From: Kudoa neothunni
Taxonomy: Eukaryota; Animalia; Cnidaria
Reading direction: 5' to 3'
Assembly (NCBI GenBank): GCA_964304625.1
Contig: OZ199838.1
Coordinates: 150,148 to 214,147 of the forward strand
Length of the DNA: 64,000 nt
In this document: positions 31,901 through 45,393 of the stretch, piece by piece
Layout: every line of letters begins with the position of its first letter
Numbering within the stretch: the stretch's first letter is position 1
Position numbers and translations under genes: made by a program
Notes under the pieces: model-generated
What the model saw: the letters and a program-made list of their open reading frames with translations, nothing else
What the model was told of the DNA's origin: nothing
Database searches by the model: none

Positions 31901-34465
31901 GGCCGTACAGATTAAATTTCCTTTGAATTACAACAAGATGATAGTTAAAATTAAGCGTTTTAATTTATTAAAATAAAAATGAAATTATTCATTTTTCATA
32001 CAGATATAGTTAATATTTTTCTACCTTAACTACCTTAATTAAGACGATAAAAAATAACATTAAAATAATATCTATAAAAAACATAAATGTCTATTGTTAA
32101 TAGTGTTTATAGTGTTTACAGCGTTTATAGCGTTTATAGCGTTTATAGTGACAGTGAAAAGTTTCTAGGTCGAAATAAATCAGTTTCTTTAATAAAAATA
32201 ATAACGCAACATTAAACCTTGTTGTTTCGAGTATTTAAATTTTAACCTTCTAAGTAAAATGGGGTAGATTTCTACCCCAAGTGAATTTTTCCAACAATAT
32301 TATAGTGTATAAATAGAACATAACACCACTCCAGATTTTGTAATCATCTGTCTTTATGAAAGCTTTCAGAAAAATGGATTGAAATTTTTTTGCGATTTAT
32401 CCAAAAAGTTAATGAAAAAACACCTTCCGAATAAAATTGGGGTAGAAATCGGCCCCAAATTTCACTTTCATAAAATTGTTTAAAATATTGATACATGTGA
32501 TTTTTAAAAATTTACGGAAATTCTATCGAGTAAATAACGAAAAAGTATACGCGCGATCTCACCCCGCATGCGCAAACATCGATATAAGCATGTCATCCTC
32601 TGCTGAATACAACGATAGCTTCTAATATTCTGTTCATTCTTATACTAGTTATTCAAAATATGATGTGTGTTGCTCAGTTTGCTTAGTTCTGCGTTGTGGA
32701 GAGTATCCAAAAACATATGATATAATTGTTCAATAGTTTGACAAGTTTTTTGCTTCATAAAGAGTTTAAAAACATATATGATAAGTTTTCTACGAAGTAA
32801 GCACCGTTTGTCATCATTCTGTGTTTTTCTGCGCAGCATTACACGGCTTTATTTATAATATGATAAATTAATTGGAAATTGTTAAAAAAACTTGAATAAA
32901 ATGTTTAAATTAAAAACCTCCAGAAATACACCTATACATATAATCATACTCCAAAGAAACGTAAAAACGTAAGTTTATGCGCACGCACGAGTAGAATATA
33001 ACCTTCATAATTGGTCATTTATTCGAAATTTAATCGATGAATTTTCCTTGTATTTTGTCAGTCAATGCTGAATTTTATTTGAGACAATTTTATAAAATAA
33101 AACCGTGGGGTAAATTTCCACCCCAATTTCAATTTTATTTACTGGAAGGATGTAAATTTTTCAGCTAATTAGAAGGTTAAATAAAATTTATGTTTGTAAT
33201 TATTAAAAGTTAAATTGGTTAATTTTTCTAATCGATAAAGTTTCATGAATAATGAACGGAAATTTCCGTAACGGATTATGGCGAGATTAATTGTAGAAGT
33301 ATTTCGGATTTTTCTCCAACTGCCACTTTCCATACGCGATTAAAATTTGTATCATAACACAGTCTAATTTAATAAATTGATTCGTGGCGAATAATCGCAC
33401 GGTATTATCATTACAGTGAGATTGAAAAAAAGTAATATCTTGTGTCGTTTATGTTTTATGAATGCTCCTAAAATGTGTTATTTTTTTAAACAAAATTGTA
33501 CACAACCTTCGTTAATTTTTATTGTTTACAATTTGTAAACAACTTTAAATGTCACTTTTATGTCGTATAGATTATACACAGGAATATATGAGGATATATA
33601 GAAATACAAAAGGGGAATAAATAGGAGGGTAAGTGATCTTTAAAAGGATGTGAATGCTGTTAGATCAGCCTTTCATACGTTAATATTGTTATATGGTAGT
33701 TTGATGTGGCAAAAACTGCAAAAATTACTTTTAATTTTTCATTGATTCCATTGTCGGTGCGTAAGGTCTCCAACTCCACTGTGCAACTATAAGAAATTTC
33801 AAGTGAACAACCATACGATAGGTAGCCTCATCTGAAACCTTGGATAGTTGGAACAGTACATGCCAAAATGAGTTTTTATATCGGCGGTCTAAATATTCCA
33901 AAATAGAGTTGGTTGTGTTAAAATTTGATTTAAAACAATTCATACAAGATCGTTAAAAATGTGCGCGATATCAAGAGGGGTTTTGGAGCTGGCTTCGATT
34001 TTATTCACCATGGAACTTTAACAATAAAAATTACTTTATGAGATATAAAAAATCCTCACTTTCCAGTGTCGACTATTCCTACCAACGAGTTGAAACAGAT
34101 TTCAAGAGAAAGACAGTTTTTTTCCTCTTTGATCACCGAAAAATATGCCTACATGGGAATGGGTTAGAAATCCCCCATAAACAGCCATAATCAATCAGCT
34201 GTGATAGTAACAGAAAACTAGAATATTGACTCTGGCAATGAATCACCTTGTAAATGGTATCCATATCGGCAACCAATGATTTTTCAGTGTGAATCAACTC
34301 GTTCATCACATTATTATATTCAACCTGTCTTTTGTGAAGATCATCATTATTATTCTAAATTAAGGACCAAAAGAGGTTGAAGACCCGATCCAACAAATAA
34401 CCAATTGTTACCTTTGGAAATGGCGAAGAACTACTCTCAGCCGAGGGTGAATTCTCCATTATCAT
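28930..34465 (-). CDS. DH-PH Rho guanine nucleotide exchange factor, PLEKHG1/2/3-like; both ends approximate
   Basis: Spliced DH motifs NVMNELIHTEKSLVADM, FGMYCSNYP and LNHLLPLESYLLKPVQRIMKYPLLLK; PH-like exons at 30.3-30.8 kb; Ser-rich tail (ORFs 29341-29658 and 28951-29283). Confidence 0.88.
31690..31756 (-). repeat. Degenerate tRNA-like / SINE-head relic in a RhoGEF intron
   Basis: Minus strand reads ..AACCCAGGTCGAATCCCAG, a B-box/T-arm lacking one T, downstream of a GC-rich tRNA-sized stretch. No intact cloverleaf. Confidence 0.4.
32095..32150. repeat. Tandem 9-mer (GTTTATAGC/T)n
   Basis: About 6 imperfect copies directly visible. Confidence 0.9.
32246..33176. mobile_element. piggyBac-type non-autonomous element (MITE) in a RhoGEF intron
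   Basis: TTAA at 32242-32245 and 33177-33180; TIR CCTTCTAA; three GGGGTA..CCCC palindromes at about 32261, 32439 and 33107; no coding remnant recognised. Confidence 0.88.
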
Positions 34466-35370
34466 TCTAAAATCAATTGTATCAGGTTATTTCTACAAAC
34501 TCACACGTAAATAATATTGTTTGGTGTAATTTGTTGATAATGTTTGCAGAGAATTATAAATATTCCCTATCATGTGGAATCGGAAAAAATGCATTTAATC
34601 CACAACACATTGGAGAATATTATATTATAGTTTGATGTGGAATTATAGTGAAATCATTATTATTAAACTGTGGAATCATGATGCACTATCGTATTCACAA
34701 AAAGCCAAACATAAAAATACTCACTCTAAGGTGGAATCAAGTTTTTCTCAACTGTGATTGTTCTCCTTGGAAATAGAGTTCAAGTGCTCGCTGAAGGCGA
34801 CCGGTGTTCCACAATTAAAATACAATAAATTCGTTAGATTCTGAAAATCAAGCTAACAAAAGTAATAAAACAAAACGAGATTTCCTAAGCTCAATCTAAA
34901 GCTGATTAGAGTATTATTGTAATGCTATTTGGACGAGGTTATTCTCATAATAGCTTTCAATATATGTGTACGAACACTTAGACAACCCCTAATTAGATGG
35001 GAAACCTGTGCGGAAGTTCCTGATCAAATCTATGTAGTACATCTCCCAATTAAACCAACACATCAAATGTGATTGAACTGGGGGTAACCTTATCGGCCAG
35101 CTCTACCCGCAAATCGCATATCATTAATTGACAATTGAAATGGGTTCGTGTTAACTCGACTATCACACTAAGATAATAATTTTTCTAATACCAATATATT
35201 AAATGGGTGGCAGTTCAAATCCATTTAGATAGCAGTCATTCGGGAGTTGATAGCTGGTGTAGAAACAATATCCAAAATGATGAACTCACAAAAAAACCCA
35301 CACAAATATTCACCGATTTTAACCGACAAAAATTCAATAGATAGCTATACGAAATATATTTTTCCAAAAG

Positions 35371-38300
35371 TTAGACATTATTTTCAAAGCGAATATCCTC
35401 ATCCAAACTTTTATACAATTTCAAGGTGATCATCTTTCTCAAGGATGATTTTAGCAGCTCGTAATTAGGCTGTTCTTCATAATCAAGCTGGTAGATGGTA
35501 TCGAAATACTTTTTCATAGCTAGAACATAATTACAATTATATCAAAATATAGAAAATAAAGATTAGATTTTGTTCGATTTTTCAGTTAGGGTTAACTGAA
35601 AATCCACTGATAAATCAATAATCCTTTTAACGTCATAAGAGAATTTAATGCTTGCGCATTTCTACCACTAATGTGTAATGTGTAATTTGTAATAGGGGTA
35701 GAAATGAAAAATTCAAATTAAGTTAAATTCAATTCAAATGCGAATGATCGAAAGAAATTAAATTTTTTCATAAACTCTGAGTAAATACATGGGGAATTTT
35801 TGTGTAGGGGAAACAAACAACTAATTATATGGAAAATAATCCCTCCAGTACTTTGTCGGCAACTTTCGTAGTTAAAAATATTGAAAACTCCATTCATAAA
35901 TAGTCTTAAAAATATAGTTGGAGATTAATTTTAAAAATTTTTTATAATTTAAGTATGAACGATAGAAAATATTACCGCAAACATGCAAAATTAGGATGGA
36001 ATAACTAATTTATTTTATATGTTTAAAAATTTTAAATATATAGAAAGTTTCGTGTAATCAATTGTTATTAATCGCATAATGGTTATAGTTGAAAATTTTA
36101 ATGAGTGAAGACATTTTAATTCTTAATTTGACATAACTCCAATAGCGTTGTCTAAAAATATTTTTCAAAACTAGATGAAGTCCAGTACGCATATGAAAAT
36201 TTTCGTGACGAAGAATTCATTTTAAGAGGTGATTAGCGGCGTACGCATGTACATGACATGAGCGACTTACTTGGGTTTAATTATTAATGCTTATAGGCGT
36301 AAGCAATCAATCAATATTAGAAAAAATTGGCATGGTTATTTTGCATTATTCTGGGGTTGATACAAAAAAATATTTCAACTTGGCCAATTTTTATGGCTGT
36401 AAAAAATAATATCAGAGTATTTTGAACATTGTCAAACATTATTTTTTGAATTTATTTTACGAAATTTGAAAACGCACAGCAGATACAAATAATAAGTTTT
36501 ACACAATAATTTCGAATATGCCTGCCCCTTTGAGTTCGGTGTATTGTTAATACACATTGTTATTCAATAACCGGATTATACTGTTAAATCATTATCCACT
36601 ATATTTCTATAGTTAAAAATATGTCAATAAAGATCGAAAAAATTAAATAACTCATTTAAAATAATAAATAATATTTCTACAAAATGAATCATCATTTGAA
36701 ATGCCTGATGAATTTAATTAATTAATTTTTATAAATAATAATAAAATTTAATTATTTTTAATCAATAAAACATAAATTTACAGCTGTAACTTCAATTAAT
36801 AAAACGAAAAGAATTCTAACGATTATTTTTTTCGATTGACAACTTGCCAAGCATAAATTAAGCAATACGATATATTATTTCATATATTTGCTTATATAAA
36901 AAATATATAAACTAGAAATCATCATTATCATTCAAATGAATGACTATTGATTACATATATTGATTATTAAACGAATAATAGCATAAAATAAAAATGAATG
37001 TAATATGCGCAGACGCATATTACACAGGATAACTTTGCGATATATACAGTCAACAGTGGTTAAATAGGCACAATTCTGTGTAACGATATTGTGTCATTTG
37101 ATAAGGACTATTTTTTCGAGTTAGTATTTTAAGTTTGAATGTATATAAAAGAATTTTAGAGAATTTTTTTCAAATACTAGAAAACAAACATTTGGCACTT
37201 CATTTTTACTACAGAACATTAAAATTCAATACCTACAAAATAGTGTTTCCCAACGTAGGGCATGTAAATTTCTAAACGTTTAACGAATCGCTTTGGTGGG
37301 GCGCGGAAATTCCTGAGTAGTGATTGGTGTGATATGGATAATGTTGAGATAATTGGGCAATATGACGTACATTTAACTCAATATCGTTAATTTTTTAGTG
37401 ACGATTAACATTATAAAAAAATACAAAAAGCAATGAATATTAATATAAAAATTAATAATAATATTTAACGAATGATTCACCCCACTAAAATCATGATGGT
37501 TTGAATCTCAATCTTGTCTCATCTAGATCGTATATTCCAATTTGTTTAAATCTATTATAATATTGATTAATTTTGTATTTACATTATTTATGTAAATTTT
37601 ATTAGCACCCTATACACAAAAGTATTTCCTAATGAAGGTTGAATTACCACGAGTTCCATTTGACGTTATTTTTGAAGGAATGAAGAACTAAAGTTGTTAA
37701 TTTTTAAGGTCCGTCGATATGTTAAGTAAGAACTGATCGAATGCAGTTTAATTTTAATGAGAAGAGAAGAATATATTAATTTCTTTCAAATTTTTATGTG
37801 ATACGGAGTTTTATTCAATGCTATAAACAATTTAAGGTAAAATATCAATACTTTTGCAAAAAGTAGGGGTGGAACTTGTTTAAAAAAAATGAGGCGTGAT
37901 AGAAAGATCGAAAAACAGTTGGAAAACATTGCTGTAGACATTCTCGAGGAATATTATTCATTAATTTTAATCCTTATTATATTTAACATCATATTAAATT
38001 CCAAGTATATTATTATATTTTTTATAAAAATTATTCATGATAAATTTATTGTTGAAGGAAAATTAAACTATAAATAGAAGCAGTAAAACAGATACTTTTA
38101 TATATTCTCCTCATATGCATAAATTTTCAAGACCTTGTTTCATTAGCTGTTGTTCTTTAGATTTGTTAAATGTAAACGATAAGTGTTTCCTTGGAGCAAA
38201 AATCCAAAAACTATTACGTAAATCTGTGGTTTTGGAGATTTCATTGGCTTATGGTATAATTTACAACCGACCTTTAGTCGCTCTACAGTCGTTAAAATTG

Positions 38301-41300
38301 ACGCTAATAGAATTTTAGAATTTTAACAAAGTCTTGCTGAAACCACAGACTTCTTATGAAACGTATAGATACATTAATTTCTCAAGTAAACATGTTATTT
38401 GATTATTTATTAAATAATAAATTTATCATTAAATTTTAAACTAATTCAAATTAAACAAATATCATAGCTTTCAATCGTTTAGAGTTAAAAACAATAATTC
38501 AATGGAACACAAAGCTTATCCTCGTACATTACACATTAGTTGAATGACCAAACAGTAAGATTAAAATCAATATAAACTATGATACTTATTTTAATTATTA
38601 TATTCAAAATTAATAGCTACAGAGCCATACCTTGATAAAACGATTTGTCTGGTGTAATTTTATTATTCACTAGTTTGGACAGTTGCTTTGTTGTGTTGTC
38701 GGCAAAGCTAATAGCAATAATGAGTCTCAAAATAAAAATCAAGTCATTACTCAAATTTGAGTTGAGCCACTTTTTCAGGGTCACCAATGTAAGGCTCCCA
38801 TGGAAGTTCCGACACGAAAAGCCTTAGCAACATAAATCCTAATATTTCCAAATCACTTCGTCGAGAGGGAACTAAATCAATAACATTGTTTAAATCCAAT
38901 ATCCAACAACAAAAAAACATTTTTTTCACAAACATCTATAATCGTCAACATACATACCAACTCCACGATGTGCATCACAACTTGTCAGCTCAATGGTTCC
39001 ATTGTGCTTGAGTTTGGGAAGTTCTTTGTATTTTCGGTGGGTGTGGGTGATAGTAGATTCGATGTACAATGACGTCAAGCCATAATCGGTTAAAAAAATC
39101 TATCAACATTTTATGAGAACACAATAAGGCAGAGACTATTGGCACAATCAACTTAATCCAACATTTTTGTTGTTTAACATAAATTCAACGCATCTTATTA
39201 CCAAAACCTATAATGACGTCATCGATATTACTTAGTTTTACGTTTTTATTCCACTCAATACAAAATTAAAAATATTATTACTGAGTTAGAATTTAATAAT
39301 AGTCATCTCCAAGGATACATATTTAATAGAGAAAAATCTTAAAAGTATGACTCTACACATAAGTCAAATTAATTTTTTCAACAATAAAAAAGCATATAAC
39401 TCAATAATAACTTTATAATTGAAAATAAAATAGTCCCAAGTTATATAATCATCGGAAAAATTTAAGAAACTACATTTTCCTCAAATATTAATACTTTATT
39501 GATATCAAAGAATGGCCGAAAATACATAAAATATATAATCTGAAAATTAAACGATTAAAGAGGGAATTTGCAATCTGATAATCGTAAAATATCTCAGTAT
39601 CATGAGAGATTATGATTATAAAAGTATTCTTGATATAAACAATAATGCTCTCTTTTAACATTAAACCCAGAACCTTTTCATAGTATTGATTTCCGAGAAA
39701 TTGCGTTACCATATCAAATATTTTTAATTAGTGTGACTTTTCAGTGGAAAGCTACATACAGTACATAAGTTACATACGAGGTGTGGGAAAGTTGCCGTTT
39801 ATAATAATTACATTAACTACCTGTAATGCGGGGGTATTAGAAACCTTTCAGTGTAAGTGTATAGTATAAAATGTTTGACTTTTATTTATGGAAAAAATTA
39901 CCAAAGGATTATTTTTAATCGAATTATCAGATATTTCAACTACAAATTTGGTTGGAAAAATAATTTTAATAATTCTTGATCAATGAGCTGCATTTATTAA
40001 AACGTTTGAAAATCAAGAATTAATCCAATTTAGTCATTAATTCTAATTTAACGAGATTCATTGTTTATGGGCAGGAAAATCGATAACTGCTTAACATATA
40101 CTCACCAACGCAACTTATATAAATAGCTATTAATCTCATAAAAGGAGACATTTCCAAATAAATAAAGATTACATAATAATTTACATTAAACATCCGATTA
40201 TTTAGAAATACAGTAATATTTTAAATATTTAATTTTTACGCGAGTGCACATGCGATTTAAATTATTAGACATCTTTCTTCACATACTCAGAAAAATGTAA
40301 AACAAATATGTTGCTTATTGTTTGTATAGTTAATAATTATAATGGAAATTTTAATATATTATCATTCTCTTTCGTTCAAAATTGACCTAATGCTTACATA
40401 TTAAATATCAACAATATTTCACAATTGAAGTCAATTCTGTATAATTTTGTTGACTTATCGTTCTATTTAATTCCTAATATGATCACCCGACTATGTCCAC
40501 TTTGTGGCGGGAAAACGAAAATTCGAAAGCAAACATAAAATTTTCTTTAATAATCAATGAGGTGATTTATATACTTTTTGAGCTCGAAATTGTTAAGACT
40601 GATGAAACATTTCAACGAAAAAATTAAAAATTGCAATAATATACTCAACAAGACTTAGAACAATACTCCGGACGTTTTTTTAATTTATGTATTCTTAAAT
40701 GTAATTAAAAAAATACATATTTAATATGTAAATTCTTTATTAACGTAATTGCGCATGCTCTTATCTCTATTTTGATATTTTCTTTATTTTGCCTACCACT
40801 TTTGAAAGAACGGAAAAGTTACTTAATATCAATTCCCAAATTGTAATATATCTAAGGAGTGTCTATCGGACCGTATAAATTTAATCCCAATTAATGGTTT
40901 CGACTACATCTGATTATTTTTTTGTTCCGAATTATTAAGCTATTTATCATAAAAAAATTAACTATGGTCAATTAAAAAAACTGAGCTATGTATGTGATCA
41001 ATAAATGAGAGCAATGACTATTGAAAAAATATGTCGCGCACGCGTGCGCATAAATAGGATTAGATTATTACTTCAACAACAATATTTGGTATTTTTAAAT
41101 ATTCATAAATATTAATAAATTGCATCAAATATTACATTTTAATATTTAATATATTTTACTTAATGCAATACTTCGATTCCACCTGAAACAACTCAATATT
41201 TAATAAATATTAATTGTAATAACAAAATTGCACCCGATGAATATTAAAAACTAAGCCAATAGCCATTTTTATCGAACAGTATAAATTTACCTTTCCGCTG

Positions 41301-42175
41301 AGGATTGGCAGCGCGAAATCGCAAAGAATATTGGTTGCTTTGATGTCTCCATGGGTGTAACCAAATGTGTGAATAAAAGCCAATGCATCAATCTACAACA
41401 AACCACAAATGGCGTTAACTCAACTTTGATTTCGTAACAACAAAGCATACCATTTTCAAGCCAATATGACAAATTGTCTTGAGTGAAAATTTCCGCCCAA
41501 AATCTTTCCAAATTGTCTCAACATCAATTCCCAATCTCGGAAACACCAAAAATCGAAAACTCGTGTCGTTTATTTGAGATATTCCACTGGTGATATAAAA
41601 GGGAATAGCCAAATAACTTAACTTGTTACTCTTCACGTACTCTTCGACTATTATAAACAACATTCGATCGTTATCGATAAGATATCACCATCTATTGATA
41701 CTTTTCTCTATACGACAAACTCTTTGATAGAATGCAATTTCAGTAAATAGGGCACCATTATTAGAGGGTTCCTGTAATACATGAAAAATGTTAAAAATAA
41801 TCTTCTGTATATGGTCAACAGTAACGAAAACACCAATGTGAATCAACGTAATTTGTTTGAGTGTTCCTCATTTAAGACTTACAAGTTTGACTGCGAATTT
41901 ACAATGAAATTTTTCGAGGTCTTTGGAGGTATTTTCGATGCACGTTGCTATAGTAACGAGCATTAATAACCCAAAATTCTACCTTATAACCCACCTTCAT
42001 ACACCTGTCCGAACCCACCCTGGCCTAAAAGTTTCCCCAGTTTCCATTGTTTCTTCTGGATATCATTTATCACCACATTTGAGGCCAATTTGATTAATTT
42101 GACCTTTTTACTCGCACCAGGTTTCTTTGGAGGAGCCCTTTTAATGACCTTATTAGAACGAGCAGGTGCAACCAT
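35371..42175 (-). CDS. VRK1: Serine/threonine kinase VRK1-like (multi-exon)
   Basis: LGQGGFGQVY, EPSNNGALFTEIAFYQR, FLVFPRLGIDV, HGDIKA, LTDYGL, HNGTIELTSCDAHRG, PSRRSDLEILG, LPWE, LDYEEQPNY; TAA at 35371-35373. HGDIKA/DYGL/DAH are VRK signatures; the exact paralog is uncertain. Confidence 0.93.
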
Positions 42176-42385
42176 TTATTATTATTTAATCAGGTTGAAA
42201 CAAATCGCAAAAATGTGATACTAACGCGTTAGCTCGCCGCTAAGACCGACCGCAATCGAAATAACCGCGGATCTCTTAAACTACATAAACCCTTACAAAT
42301 ATCATTTTATGTTGTGTAATCAATTTTATAGAATTATCAAAATTAAATACATTCAAATTTTATTATAAACGTTATCTATCTATAG

Positions 42386-42967
42386 AATATGAGCTTACAT
42401 CGGTGGAAGAAAAATATCGTACGTTGTCGACGGATGCTCGGGTTGGTGAGCAATTCTCGAAGTGTGAGTCACGTATTAGATTCCAATTTAATTTGATATT
42501 AAGTTGCTTTTATTTTTGAATATTATATTTTTCTCACTTAAAATTTATATTTGGGTATTTAATATTGATTTGATTGAGTGACTGGATAAATCATTATTAT
42601 ACTCGCGCAGGCAAGGTCAATTTGTGTGGTCAATCGTGTTCGTTAGATCTCGCACGACAACTTTCCCGCGTAAAAATTTAACTCGGAAAATTAACGAATT
42701 TTTCTAACCCATCAGCTGTAGTCACCAGATATGAACTATTTTAATTGGGAAATTGGTTTCTTTGTTAAATTCTAGCATATTGGAGATTTAAAGTTGTTGT
42801 AATTATTAACACTTGTAACACCTAAAATATATCATTTTGTGCAACTTTTTTTGTTGCCATCTTTTTACGATTCTTTTTAATCTAATAAATAAATATGAGG
42901 TGCAAAACTTCAGTCTCAAGAAATAACTTCCAAATCTCACTTCGTGCAAAATCGTTCCCGTGGGTAA
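42386..42967 (+). CDS. Small spliced gene of unknown function (first exon not found)
   Basis: Four GT-AG-bounded segments join in one open frame: EYELTSVEEKYRTLSTDARVGEQFSK|CKVNLCGQSCSLDLARQLSR|SPDMNYFNWEI|GAKLQSQEITSKSHFVQNRSRG*. Confidence 0.4.
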
Positions 42968-42979
42968 TCTCTCTTCTCT

Positions 42980-45393
42980 TTACAATGACTTAAAAATTTC
43001 CCATTCTTCGTATATTCTAACACATTGGTTGCGAAAAATCAGTTTAATTTATTTTTCGACGTAATTTTTTGGACAAAAATTGAGTTTATCCGCTCTATAT
43101 AATGATTTGTATTTTTCAAACTGAGCCAATTAATTTATTCGAATTATAATGAGCAAATGTAAATATGTTTTAATTTTAAAATTTAGCATTCCAATAACTG
43201 CACTACCTTCTGAAAAATTATAAAATATTATATTTTTCATACAAAAATAAGTAATGTTTAAGAGCCAACAAAATATAAAGTAGTTCCTTCTAACGGTTTT
43301 GTAAATAAACTTATATGATTTAATAATGTATTTTTCGCAAACAGATGTGTATATTTAATCAACTTTTTATTTTTCAAAGAAAGTGGTTGACCCAGAAAAA
43401 CGTGGTTTAAATCGATCTTAGAAATGTTGATTGAAAACTTCAGCAGGGTTGGAAGTGAGCAGAATATCATTCATGACATTAAAATGAGAGGTTTAAATTT
43501 TTATTTGATATTTCGTTTCGCCTAGGCAGTTATTTCAAAATATTGATAAAATGAGAATAAGTTAATATGCTCGAACTCGTTTCCCTCCTCTACAAGTTGT
43601 TTGTACTCGCCTTTAACGAAGTTTATTGATATAGAAACAAATAAGTTTACTGAAAAATATCAAATTTCGGCGTTGCGTTTATATTGACTATACAATCCAA
43701 GTTTTTGATGCTGTTTGATGAATATTTGACCAGAATGTAAGAGGTAAAAATATATTGTTAATTTTGTTTCTTTTTTTACACAAAATAAACTGTCATTCTA
43801 AAATCGATAGCAATATATCTTGGAAAAGATTATCACATTTTCAAAACAATATTTATTGTCGTTAAGCCTTAAAAGATAACCCTGGGCTTCACGCGCCCAT
43901 CTCTATATTATTTTGTCTATATATTTTGTTGTTTCACTTGTCAGATTTTTTGTATATTCGCCACAGTTTCATTTAATTTTTAATAAATGTATAATCTCTC
44001 GGCTGGTATAATAAAATTAGTTAAATTTTCGATGAGGTTACACAATACATACCGACTTTTAGAATAAAATAATAGAAAGGTGGGAACGCGAATCCAATGG
44101 TTAACCATTGGGGGCTAAGCAATCTCAAATATTGGAAATTCTTTGCACTTTCATATTTTTGGTAAAGATAAAAAATATACAAAATCATGCTATTATTTCT
44201 CGGGTCTTTCAAAAGTTTTTACAATAATTATTTTGTCGAGCAATTCTGATGATCATACATTCGCACACTGGATGAAAATCTTTGTATGGTCTATTGTGGA
44301 AAATTTTTAAATAAGTTATTAGCATCTAATTCACCAACATGTAAAACATATTAAAATTTCCTAATAATTCCATTTTAGTAATAATAGTGTACTCTAATAT
44401 GTAATGTATTCAAATATAAACTACACTAGAGAGAGAATGAGTTAATTCATAACAAATCTTAGATAGATTGAACTCTTAATGATATTTTGTTTATTCTTAA
44501 ATTTTTTATATTATGAGGAAATTTATTTTTGTTAATAAATTGATCCAAATTTTCTGGAATTTTTTGGCGATCTAAAAATTTTTTTTATTCAATTTTATAA
44601 GCACATTAATATAAGGAATACTTGAAAATTTATCTTCATATGGTGGTATCTTACAGTATCGTTTCAAATCATTCACACAATTATTGTAAGTCTATATTTG
44701 ATTTTAATGTATAAAAATTATATGATTGATAAAATATATTAAAAATACATCTCTATCCAAGTTGTTGAGGTTGGTTTCGTCTCCAACACATAAATACAGA
44801 TAATTAATCTCCTATCGTAAATAAGAAATTAAAAAATTATTTTTTAATTATTATATTACAAAACAAACAAAATTAATATCCCTTTCGTCTTCAAAGTATT
44901 TGACTTTAAACAACCTTATTTAATGTTCGTATAAATCACAATGAGTGTACCTGTTTTGCCAATACATCTTCCAAAAAACGAACATACGTCGTATTCGTCC
45001 ACATATTTATTGAAGAAATCGTTTAAATTCTCTTCAGCGTCATCAATTAGTTGCATCTATGTAAAATTAAAAATTCCAATTAATATAAAATAACTCTTTT
45101 ATCTTCGGGTTGAAAATGTTTCTTTTCACTCTTTAACGAGTTGTAAAGTTTACGTTTGGCTTCCGATGATAATTCAAACTAAAAATATTATTTTAATGAT
45201 AATATTCTTGTTTGAAAATTTTTAGAATCCCACAAGTATACATCTAGATATTGTTCGGTGCCCATAACATTGTAACCACCTATACCTAGTAATTGATGTA
45301 CACATCATACAATATACCAACATAAACTAAATAGAATGGTATCATCCAATACATTTTGAACATTTTGAATGGCGCGTTTTGTCTCACAATCAT
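42980..45393 (-). CDS. Hypothetical multi-exon protein, possibly with a mitochondrial-type presequence; limits approximate
   Basis: In-frame exon chain MFKM|YRWLQCYGHRTISRCIL|FELSSEAKRKLYNSLK..|MQLIDDAEENLNDFFNKY..; further exon-like blocks to about 43.0 kb (includes ORF 43258-43470). Family not recognised. Confidence 0.55.

Noticed and set aside
37241-37310. hAT-like terminus TAGTGTTTCCCAAC..GGGGCGCG
   Set aside because: No partner TIR or TSD found.
40465-40535. LIPNMITRLCPLCGGKTK, like an ISXO2/Merlin N-terminal zinc ribbon
   Set aside because: Too short; no DDE remnant or TIRs identified.
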